From a virus (lineage: Duplodnaviria > Caudoviricetes), in the IMG/VR virus record IMGVR_UViG_3300028591_000086, positions 131,467 to 195,466 of that record: DNA of 64,000 bases; one strand, written 5' to 3'. Below the pieces are notes generated by a model. That model did no database searches. It worked only from the letters and a program-made list of their open reading frames with translations, and was not told where the DNA came from. This document shows, piece by piece, positions 29,234-38,604 of this stretch. Numbering within the stretch: position 1 is the first letter of the stretch; each line of letters opens with the position of its first letter. A program made the position numbers and the translations under genes.

Positions 29234-30043
29234 GTGAATCAACCTGTTCCACCTAAACATTTTAACAAATTAGTTGAAATGAATCCTAATATCTCATATG
29301 CTATCAATACGTTGATAGCAGAATACGATATACAACGTTGTCATCCGACATGTATGTATTTCTTAAAAGGAAAAGAATTTTATGATCAATTAATGAAAAT
29401 GCCTAAATTTGATAGTAATGTTCTTATTGGAAAAATGATGAAAGAGGATTTAACTTTATCCGATAAGATAAGTAATTTGAAATTAAAATTCTTTAATGAT
29501 TTTTGTAAGTTAAACAATATTAAGGATTCTAATTTTATATCATCTACAGTAGATTCAATGTTGTTGGTTAATAAGAAACCGATGAAAACTAAACTTGAAA
29601 ATGGAATTGTTAATTTCAGAAATAAGGATGGAGAATTTACTAGTTACATAAGGTTATCTAATAATAGAATTATAGAAATCTTATTTGATGGTATGAGTAA
29701 TAATATTAGAATTAAAGGCGTGAATGCTGAATACGTTGATAAGAATAATGTGTTTATACGATTATTCAAACAGTATTTAATATTGCTTGAAAATTCTAAT
29801 AAAATGCCAACTCAAGATATTTTAAGAAAATTAAATCATCTTAGAAGTAAATACATTAATTCTAAAGATCCGATGATGTGGGCAAGTTTATTGGATGGTA
29901 ATAAATATGCGTATATTATTGCTGGTGAAAGAATTTTATCTGATGAATATATGCAGGAAAGTGAACAAAATATTTTGATAAAAACTGATAATTATATGAC
30001 CTTCATTTCACCGCTGATTAAGCTATATTTTAAGCCACATTAG
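29234..30043 (+). CDS. Hypothetical protein with polymerase-palm-like motifs
   Basis: AAGGAGG RBS before GTG 29234; EYDIQRCHPT and STVDSML motifs. Confidence 0.55.
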   Translation: MNQPVPPKHFNKLVEMNPNISYAINTLIAEYDIQRCHPTCMYFLKGKEFYDQLMKMPKFDSNVLIGKMMKEDLTLSDKISNLKLKFFNDFCKLNNIKDSNFISSTVDSMLLVNKKPMKTKLENGIVNFRNKDGEFTSYIRLSNNRIIEILFDGMSNNIRIKGVNAEYVDKNNVFIRLFKQYLILLENSNKMPTQDILRKLNHLRSKYINSKDPMMWASLLDGNKYAYIIAGERILSDEYMQESEQNILIKTDNYMTFISPLIKLYFKPH

Positions 30044-30126
30044 TGTGATTTTTGCACATACCTCTTTTCCAACATGTATATGATTCTTTCGAATCAAACT
30101 ACTTTATAGAGAAGAGGTATTTTTTT

Positions 30127-30546
30127 ATGTATGGAAGATTAAAATGCATAAAGAAACGATCAGGATTAATACAAGATTTCGATATTTTAAAACTGCAAAA
30201 AACTATTTTAGTTACTATCGAAGAAGAAAAAGAATTTCAGGAGCCATTGGCTGTTGCTAAAAATTCTGCCTCTAGATTATCTTTTGAAGTCGTTACTGAA
30301 ATTGAAAAACTGATCAAATCAGGAAAAGTAGACCCATTAGCAATAGATGCTGATGTAATACAAGATAGTGTAGAGAATGTATTTTATAATTCTGGTTATC
30401 ATAATACAGCTAAAAACTATATGAAATATAAATTTGATAAACAATTGAAACGAAAAGATGAGTACATTAAAACTCTCGAAAGAGAAAATAAAGAATTAAA
30501 AGATATGAAGGAGAAATATATCGACGATAGAAGACATGATATTTAA
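30127..30546 (+). CDS. Stand-alone ATP-cone domain protein
   Basis: IKKRSGLIQDFDILKL...IQDSVENVF...AKNYMKY; GAGGT RBS before ATG 30127. Confidence 0.75.
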   Translation: MYGRLKCIKKRSGLIQDFDILKLQKTILVTIEEEKEFQEPLAVAKNSASRLSFEVVTEIEKLIKSGKVDPLAIDADVIQDSVENVFYNSGYHNTAKNYMKYKFDKQLKRKDEYIKTLERENKELKDMKEKYIDDRRHDI

Positions 30547-33500
30547 ATTCATTGTCGATATTGTGCGCGTTATGAAAAAGAATGAAGACGTTGTAATTTT
30601 ACCTATTACTAAGAGAGATGGTAAAATTGAAGAATTTAATATTGCTAAAATTGTAAATGCGATTACTAAAGCAAACGACTCTCTTGAAAATAAGAAAGAT
30701 AAAATTTCTAAAAAAGAAATTAATAATGTAGCTAAAGAAGTTACATTAAATTATCTTACGTTTAAAGAAAAAACTGTAGAAGCAGTTCAAGATAACGTTG
30801 AAGATACGCTTATAAAATTTGGTTATATTAAATTGGCTAAAGAATATATTAGATATAGGGCTGAGAGAACTCGCATTCGAAATAAAGCATCTGATCGTAT
30901 ATCGGAAGCTATTGAATTAGCTCGTGAATCTGCTGAAAAATCTTCATCTAAAGCTGTGGATTTAGTAATTAGACCTAATGATGATCCTGAAGTTGAAGAT
31001 CCTAATGACCCAGTAGATGGTACTATCAAAAAGACTCCGCCTAAAATGAAAAATATTAAGACCATTTCATATGATCCTATTAGAGAAAAATTATACCCTA
31101 AAAGAGCTGAAGCTATGAATGCTAATCTCGATGATAAGTCTTTTGGCGGTATAAAAGGTGGAGTTGATTCATACGTTTTAAAGAAATTCGCATTCGATGA
31201 AATACTTTCAGAAATAGATGTTATTGACCATAAAGAAAATCGTCGTTATAAACACGACGCGGATTCTATTGCATTAGGAATGCATAACTGTGATAGTGTT
31301 CCATTAGAATGGTTATTATCACATATTGTATATGTTAGACAAACAGCAATTAGACCTGCTGGTAGTTTAAATACCGCTTTACAATTAATTGCTGTATATT
31401 TCCAGATCCAATCATTACAACAATTCGGTGAACCAAAGCGTCTCTGCCGAAGTAAAACCTTGTGGACCTATAAATATAGGGTGTCTCTTAATTATAAAAG
31501 AGGCTAACGGTCAACTAAATCGAAAGATTAAGGTGGTAAGAGAGTCTAAATCCTTGAAAAAGGACAAGATAATACCGTGTTAAAGAAACAATTAATAGAT
31601 ATAGAATTATGTTTCTTTAATGTATCGACTATCGAAAGCATAGCTATATACATATCGCTAATGTCGGTATGTATATAGTGAAGAAGCGAGTAGAGTACAC
31701 GAATAGGTGAAAATCCTACGTGGAAGTGCAAGGGTGTATTTTTTTACACAAGATATAGTCAGGCTTTATAGAAATATAAAGATGGTGACGGGAGTCGCCG
31801 CAACTGCTATTGATTGGTTGCTTGTTCCATATTTCAGAATGAGTTTCTGGAGACATTATTTCACAGTTGTAGATATTCTTCCTTTCTTAAACGTAGACAA
31901 GTGGAAGAAACGACTTGGATTTGATAAATGGGAAGCTAAGAAAATCAGTATTTATGATGAAAAATATACTGGTAAACGTTGGTGGAACATTTTACATAGA
32001 TACATTTCAAAGAAAGCTTTGAAATTAACTAAACGAGAATTAAATCAAGCTGTAGAAGGTTTGTACCATAATTTGAATTCACTTCAGAGTAGAAGTGGCA
32101 ATCAGCTAGAATTGGTGGCTGCTTAATATAGAAATATATTAATAGGAATCGGACAAAATCGGTGAAGTCTAAATGAAATTAATATTAGTAAAATACTGTT
32201 GATTCAACATATATAATGACGGAGTTATATATGAATTTTAAATTAACAGAAGATTTAAAAGATAAAGTTGTCGAATTTTATTTATCTAGACCTATGAGTT
32301 TAGATACTGCATCATACAAATTTAGAATATGTAAGCCTAAAATTGTGGAAATTCTTAAATCTAGAAATATTGAAATATATACTAAAAATCAAATATTTAA
32401 TCCGAATTTTGATGAAAGATATTTTCAAAATATAGATTCAGAAATAAAAGCATATTTTTTAGGTCTGATATTTACTGACGGAAACGTTTTTATTAAAGAA
32501 AACGAATGTTCTAAGAAAATAACACAAGTATCATTAACATTGAAGGATGAAGATAGATATATTTTAGAGATTCTTAGAAAAGAATTAAAAACTAACAGAG
32601 TTATAACTTCTGATAATAGAGGTTCTTTGACTTTAAGTGTTAGAAGTAATCTTATGGGTGAAGATCTTAAAAAATATAATATCGTTCCGAATAAAAGTTT
32701 AACGATACATTTCCCGGAAATCGATGAAAATCTTAAAAAATATTTTAATCATTTTTTAAGAGGTATTTTTGACGGCGATGGTTCTATTCAATTTAGAATA
32801 GGTGATAAACGTGTTAAATATTCTGTTGGATTAAGTGCTGGAAATCCTATAGTATTAGAACAAATTAGAGATATTTTAGTTGATGAATTAAAATTGTTTC
32901 CTGTATCAGTTTATGAGTATTCTAATAAATATACTTGTATGCTTACATGGCAATCAGCTAAAGATATGTTTAAGATATGCGAATACCTTTATAAAGATTC
33001 CACAATATATCTAGAACGTAAACGAAAAATCTATGACAACTTTAAACAATATTATTTCACAAGATAATACCGAGATAATTTTAATAGTAACGTATTAAAA
33101 TATTGTAACGCGTAGATAGTGAAACTGTTTTTATAAACAGAATATAATCTATCCAAGAGTGCCCGACACTGAGAATACAGTTCTCATTAACTGCAAATTC
33201 ACAGTTAACCTAACGTTAAACGAGGGTGAAAATGTACGCTGAACTCATGAGAAATCATGAGAACTAGAGGATAAAAAGCCCCTAGGATAACAACAGATGA
33301 GTATGACCGTTCTCATCAATCAACTACGGTACATGTACATTACCAGAAGGACAGATGATTATAGAATCTATTCTTAATGGATGTATCGCAGGTACTGGTC
33401 CACTTGGACAAACAGCAATTTTCCCATGTGGAATTTTTAAGGCTGATAAAAATATTAACCTTTATAAAGGCACACCTAACTACAAACTGTTCAAATTAGC

Positions 33501-35929
33501 TATCAAATCTACATCAAAACGTTTCTATCCAAATTATGCTAATAATAACTGGTCTGTTAATGAAGCTGCTATTAAATATGATATAGATTTGAAAAACCGT
33601 GTTCTTGCGGATATTAAAGAGAACCATAGGGATTATTTTGATAGATTAGTTAACGTATTTAAAGCCAATATTGATCTTATGCGTGAGCTTAGATTGGAAA
33701 TGGTTGTAACCGAAGGATGCGTTAACGATTATACTATTGTTTCTGATGGTAAAATCTATCCTGATTGCGAAACTAGTACCATGGGTTGTAGAACATATAA
33801 CGGTTACGATATCAATTATGAAGAAGTGTTCCGTAGAAACCTTGATTGTGTTGTGGGAGCAAACGGACTTGCAATTAATGATATTGAACCTTATTTTAGT
33901 GCTGCTCAGAAAGATGGTAGAGGTAATATCTGTCCTGAAACAATTATTCTTCCAACTCTTGCTATGGAAGCAAAGACTAATAATCCTCACATGATTGAAG
34001 AATTTAAAAATTTCAATGTTGATATTGATGTTGAAAAAGCTAGCTTAATTGATAAGTTTATGGCTTATCTTGATATTGAAATTGCTAGAACAAGAGATTC
34101 TTTAATTAACAGATATGAATATATTTGTTCCCGATCACCAGATGCAGCAACGTTCATGTGGGTAAATAAAACAATGGTAGGTTATATTCCTGAACAAGGA
34201 TTAGAATCTGCTATGAAACACGGTACGTTAGCAATAGGTCAACTTGGTTTATCTGAAACTCTTAAGATTCTTATAGGTGTAGATCATACTACCTCAAAAG
34301 GAATGGAATTAGCAAAGCGTATTGAAAATCTATTCAATAAACGCTGTAAAGAGTTTAAAGAAAAATATAAGTTGAATTTTGGGGTATACTATAGCCCTAA
34401 ACATAAATTAAGTGGGGCACATACAAGTAATTGTATGATTAAAAACTGTGTTAAACGGGCGTAGTGTAATAAACTGGTAAGAAAGGCTAAACCTATTAAT
34501 AAGGCAAGCTAACCCCGTAGGATGAATTAAAATTATAATTATGGTTATATATTATAGACGTAAGGAGTTATATAATATATGGCTAGACGAAAATTTACAA
34601 ATAAACTCATTGACAAAAATACTATTTCTGAGAAAATTAAATTGATCAAAGGCAGTACAACGGATTATATATCTGAATCTGGAAAGGTTTATAAAGATTA
34701 TGGTGATGGAAAAATGCTTCCTAAGCATATTAAACCTAATGTAAATAACGGATATGTTTATGTAGGTATTACTATAGGTAATAAAAATATCAGTAAACGT
34801 GTACATAGATTAGTTGCTGAAGCATTTATACCTAATGATGATCCTAAAAACAAAACTGTTGTAATGCATAAAGATAATAATAAAACTAATAACAATGTTG
34901 AAAATTTAAAATGGGGAACTATTTCAGAGAACACAAAACAGGCGTTTAATGACGGTTTAGCAGTGAATGATAAATCTTGGGATGATTCACAATCTATACC
35001 TGTTAAAACCATTGATAAAAATGGCAAAACTATTGACGCTTTTGGTTCAATGAGAGAAGCTTCTAGAATTACAGGTGAAAAACTTGCTATAATACGTTAT
35101 CATTGTAATGCTGAGGTAGATCCTAAAAAATTAAGAAAATGTAAATATTGTTTTAGATATATAACAGAAAAAGATCATATATGTCAATGTAAAAAGAAAT
35201 GATTTTAATTCGTTCTCTAACGACTATCGAAAGCATAGCTAAGAAGAAATATCTTAGTGAAGAAGCGAGTAGAGTAGAATCAAGTGATTCGAAATGCACA
35301 GCTCCCACGATTTGGTAAAAAGAATCGTGGGATGATGATATAGTCTAATCCCCTAATAAATATCGGGAAACCGAGGGTATAAAATACGAATAATGGCTGA
35401 AAGTTTATGTTTTACTGCTATGACAGCATTTAAAGATAAATATGGTGAAATTCTAGGCATAACAACTCATACTGATGGAAGTGAAAAACTTTATTTCACT
35501 AATAGTATGCATGTTCCTGTAGAAGTTAAGTTATCTGTATTTGATAAGATCGATATTGAATCGCAACTTACAGGATATTCTAATGCCGGTTGTATAACTT
35601 ATGTAAGATACGGTAATACTGCTAAGAACAATCCTCGTGCTATTGAACAAGCTGTAGTTCATGCTATGGAAAAAGATGTTCCATACTTTGCTGCAGATAT
35701 TGATTCTGATATGTGTATGGATTGTGGTTATATTGGATCTATTCCTGTAAATCATACTTGTCCTAAATGTGGTTCTGACCGAATTTCAAGAACAGAACGT
35801 GTAACTGGATATTTGAATCCTAACTGGATAACTTCTCCTGTGTCATCAGGTGGATTTAATTTAGGAAAACAAAATGAAAATCTTCATCGTGAAGATAACA
35901 CAGATCTTTTCTGTGCTTATGAGGAATAA
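30536..35929 (+). CDS. nrdD: Anaerobic ribonucleoside-triphosphate reductase, spliced from 4 exons (30536-31429, 31791-32107, 33306-34398, 35396-35929; 945 aa)
   Basis: ATP cone; splicing restores QQFG^GVAAT, SGNQL^PFSSINYG and YYSP^AESLC; MGCRT, CxxC..CxxC, glycyl-radical RVTGYL; exon total 2838 nt is in frame. Confidence 0.93.
31430..31790 (+). mobile_element. Group I intron 1 in nrdD (361 nt, no endonuclease)
   Basis: P1 TTCGGT/GCCGAA, terminal G, P7 GACTAT/ATAGTC. Confidence 0.9.
32108..33305 (+). mobile_element. Group I intron 2 in nrdD with LAGLIDADG HEG
   Basis: P1 CAGCT/GGCTG, terminal G at 33305, candidate P7 GCGTA/TACGC. Confidence 0.88.
32231..33067 (+). CDS. LAGLIDADG homing endonuclease (two motifs)
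   Basis: YFLGLIFTDG and FLRGIFDGDG; GGAG RBS. Confidence 0.9.
   Translation: MNFKLTEDLKDKVVEFYLSRPMSLDTASYKFRICKPKIVEILKSRNIEIYTKNQIFNPNFDERYFQNIDSEIKAYFLGLIFTDGNVFIKENECSKKITQVSLTLKDEDRYILEILRKELKTNRVITSDNRGSLTLSVRSNLMGEDLKKYNIVPNKSLTIHFPEIDENLKKYFNHFLRGIFDGDGSIQFRIGDKRVKYSVGLSAGNPIVLEQIRDILVDELKLFPVSVYEYSNKYTCMLTWQSAKDMFKICEYLYKDSTIYLERKRKIYDNFKQYYFTR
34399..35395 (+). mobile_element. Group I intron 3 in nrdD with HNH HEG
   Basis: P1 GCCCT/GGGGC, terminal G at 35395, P7 GACTAT/ATAGTC. Confidence 0.9.
34579..35202 (+). CDS. HNH homing endonuclease (I-HmuI-like architecture)
   Basis: VHRLVAEAF...HKDNNKTNNNVENLKW...EN; C-terminal FGSMREASR NUMOD1-like motif. Confidence 0.9.
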   Translation: MARRKFTNKLIDKNTISEKIKLIKGSTTDYISESGKVYKDYGDGKMLPKHIKPNVNNGYVYVGITIGNKNISKRVHRLVAEAFIPNDDPKNKTVVMHKDNNKTNNNVENLKWGTISENTKQAFNDGLAVNDKSWDDSQSIPVKTIDKNGKTIDAFGSMREASRITGEKLAIIRYHCNAEVDPKKLRKCKYCFRYITEKDHICQCKKK

Positions 35930-36429
35930 TGCTTATGAGATATGCTGCTATTTTAGGAAATGACTGTTTGAATGCAACAAACGGTTTTGCTGTAAGTCTT
36001 TGGACACAAGGTTGCCATTTTCATTGTAAAGGATGTCATAATAAGCATGTTTGGGATTTTAACGGTGGTAAAGAAGAACCGATAGAAGACGTTACTCATA
36101 AGATAAAAACTTTGCTTGTTGCTAATGACGTTCAACGTGATTTCAGTGTATTAGGTGGAGAACCATTGTGTAAAGAAAATTTACATGATGTTGCTACCAT
36201 TATAAAAGATATAAAAGAGGAATTTCCAGATATAACTATTCACATTTGGACAGGATACACTATTGAAGAATTACTTGTTAGAGAGCCTGATGAAAGCGAT
36301 TTAACAGATATATTTAGATACACTGATATCATTATTGATGGAAGATTTGATGAAACTAAAAAAGAATTAGATTTACCTTTTAGAGGTTCAACTAACCAAA
36401 GAATTTTAAGGAGGGGATATGATTTCTAA
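35929..36429 (+). CDS. nrdG: Anaerobic RNR activase (radical SAM)
   Basis: GCHFHCKGCHN, LGGEP, DGRF, RGSTNQR. Confidence 0.93.
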   Translation: MLMRYAAILGNDCLNATNGFAVSLWTQGCHFHCKGCHNKHVWDFNGGKEEPIEDVTHKIKTLLVANDVQRDFSVLGGEPLCKENLHDVATIIKDIKEEFPDITIHIWTGYTIEELLVREPDESDLTDIFRYTDIIIDGRFDETKKELDLPFRGSTNQRILRRGYDF

Positions 36430-36856
36430 AAAGGTATTATTAATTTATCTATTTAGTTTTATATTGTCAGTATCAATCTATTGTCAAAGTTATACAAACA
36501 GAGGCACGGATTTTTTATATACACCTGATCCTATTTTAAAATTAACTGGTGAAAAATCTTCAGTTATCAAGGAAAAAATTAAATATAAAAATGAGGATAT
36601 TGAAATATACGTAACGTGGTATTCTCAATATAATCAAGGTATATTCACTATAAACATCCCGGAAGATATAGATACGAAATATGAAGAAGGACTAGTTGAA
36701 AATATTTTTTATGAAGTTATAGAAACTTGGATAAAAGATATTAATCATCGATATTTTTCATATACTATCACTAAAAGGAGTGTGTTTTTTAGTAGAAAAA
36801 CATCTGATAATTGTGAGTGTGTTTCTACTGAAATAAAGGTGAATTTTTTAAAATAA
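36419..36856 (+). CDS. Exported hypothetical protein
   Basis: N-terminal signal-peptide-like sequence. Confidence 0.75.
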   Translation: MISKKVLLIYLFSFILSVSIYCQSYTNRGTDFLYTPDPILKLTGEKSSVIKEKIKYKNEDIEIYVTWYSQYNQGIFTINIPEDIDTKYEEGLVENIFYEVIETWIKDINHRYFSYTITKRSVFFSRKTSDNCECVSTEIKVNFLK

Positions 36857-36884
36857 ACAAAATATAGATTATATATTTTATTTC

Positions 36885-36989
36885 TGTCTAAGTAGAGTAA
36901 ACTAATTCGGATTCAACTGATTCTATATTCCCTCCCACCCATAGAATTTGTTTGAAGTGTCCTTTCTCCAGTTTTACTATACTTAGGCA
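36885..36989 (+). ncRNA. Hairpin sRNA candidate with C-rich anti-Shine-Dalgarno-like loops
   Basis: TGTCTAAGTA/TACTTAGGCA closing stem; loop ATTCCCTCCCACCC; bulge TCCTTTCTCC; promoter motif immediately upstream. Confidence 0.5.
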
Positions 36990-36995
36990 ATTTTT

Positions 36996-37106
36996 GATGT
37001 AGTAGTTTAAATAGTAAAACGAAAGACATTTTTAATTAATATAGTTTTCCATAACTCGTCCATGTTGAATGTGTCTTTTATACAGGTTCAAGTCCTGTCT
37101 ACATTA
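36996..37106 (+). ncRNA. tRNA-like RNA with extended anticodon stem and ~27-nt loop
   Basis: GATGTAG/CTACATT acceptor; GTTT/AAAC D-stem; ACAGG-TTCAAGT-CCTGT T-arm; AAAGACA/TGTCTTT stem extends to ~15 bp. Confidence 0.7.
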
Positions 37107-37150
37107 ATACAGAAAATGGTGTTTTCTGTAAATCAAATCCTTTAAGCATT

Positions 37151-37180
37151 GAGAACCACCGAAAGGTGGTTCTCTTTTTT
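37151..37180 (+). terminator. Intrinsic terminator closing the small-RNA locus
   Basis: GAGAACCACC-GAAA-GGTGGTTCTC-TTTTTT. Confidence 0.85.
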
Positions 37181-37266
37181 ATTTAAATTCGATTATAATC
37201 CTGTGAATAGGGTAGGGTGGTATTTTTTTATTTGTTTTTAAACTTAATAATACATAGGTAATTAAT

Positions 37267-38004
37267 ATGGAAAAATTTAAGAATTATAGAATAAGAAAAC
37301 CTAAACCTTCAGAAAAAGATATTGATGATGAGGAAAAAGGTGTTCCTGATAAAGATGGTTTAATTCATGTTGATGAAATACCTGATCCTCAATTTGATAT
37401 GAAATATTATGAGTACGATGAAAAGATTGTAAAAAAGATAGAAATGAAAGTTAGAAATTCATTTGAATACAAAGGATTATTTCAATTTATAAAGATTTAT
37501 CTTAATGTCGATCATTGTTCATACTATGAAGGATACTCTATGCAAAACGGATTGACAATTGAATTACATCATTCGCCGTTTACATTATATGATATAACTG
37601 AAGCTGTTCTTGCTAAGTCTATTCATGATAAAGGATATTATGAAACTTATAGAATAGTTGAAGAAGTAAATATGCTACACTATAGTTATAAAATAGGTTT
37701 AACTCCTTTGAATCCTACTTTACATAAGTTAGTTCATTCTGGCGTTGTTCCTATTCATCCAGCTATAGTATTAGGAAATTGGTGGGAATTTTATACTGAG
37801 TATCAAGCTTTTTTAAATCCTTCAGCTGTTAAGAAATATGAAGATTTCTTATCTCTAAAAGATAAGAAAAACCCTAGTATACCTCAGATTTTAAACTTCT
37901 CTCCTACTAAGATAGTTAGTCCTATTAAAATACCATCATTCAATGAAATACAAAAATTATTAGTAGATTCAAAGCTTAAGAAACTTGAAAATTTCATTGC
38001 ATAA
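37267..38004 (+). CDS. HNH-like His-rich phage protein (paralog of 46204..46947)
   Basis: IELHHSPFTLYDI...LHKLVH. Confidence 0.6.
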   Translation: MEKFKNYRIRKPKPSEKDIDDEEKGVPDKDGLIHVDEIPDPQFDMKYYEYDEKIVKKIEMKVRNSFEYKGLFQFIKIYLNVDHCSYYEGYSMQNGLTIELHHSPFTLYDITEAVLAKSIHDKGYYETYRIVEEVNMLHYSYKIGLTPLNPTLHKLVHSGVVPIHPAIVLGNWWEFYTEYQAFLNPSAVKKYEDFLSLKDKKNPSIPQILNFSPTKIVSPIKIPSFNEIQKLLVDSKLKKLENFIA

Positions 38005-38019
38005 GACGAAGGAGTTTTT

Positions 38020-38604
38020 ATGTCAATAATTAATATTATCTTTTATATTGCAATATTAATATTGCTATCATTTATTTTATATTTTATCATTAAGCGAAAA
38101 CCAATTGTTAAATATGATGTTTCTGAAGTAGATGTTAATTTAACAGATCTTAATAAATTTATAAAACGAGAAACATTATTCCAAATAATCATGTGGTTCA
38201 CTAGCAAATCCAATGTTAAAAATATGTCATCTTTTGAACACGCGTCAGTTATTGTATCTGATCTTAAAAACACAGATGAAATAAAAAAGAAAGTATCGGT
38301 TATAACTAGTTTAATTGTCGGTAATTTATCTCCGCTTCTTATAGAGCAATTTAAACGAGTATATAATATAAACGCTTATAGTAGTCCTGTTGATGCTTTA
38401 TCTATATATGTGAGTAGGATGGTTCTTTTTTATTTTAGAAAGATCAATACTGATATAACTATGCTAATAGAAACTGATTCTAATAGATCAGTAGATAGTA
38501 TTATTAAGATGTATACTTTATCTATAGAAAATGAAATCTATAAAGACAATAATATAGAGACAATAACAAAAGATAATGTTGAAAATGAAGGAGTGAATGA
38601 ATGA
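38020..38604 (+). CDS. Membrane-anchored hypothetical protein
   Basis: N-terminal TM; AAGGAG RBS. Confidence 0.8.
   Translation: MSIINIIFYIAILILLSFILYFIIKRKPIVKYDVSEVDVNLTDLNKFIKRETLFQIIMWFTSKSNVKNMSSFEHASVIVSDLKNTDEIKKKVSVITSLIVGNLSPLLIEQFKRVYNINAYSSPVDALSIYVSRMVLFYFRKINTDITMLIETDSNRSVDSIIKMYTLSIENEIYKDNNIETITKDNVENEGVNE

Noticed and set aside
31389-32126. ORFs 31389..31583, 31546..31731 and 31707..32126 as independent genes
   Set aside because: They are intron 1 sequence or nrdD exon 2 with intron-derived ends
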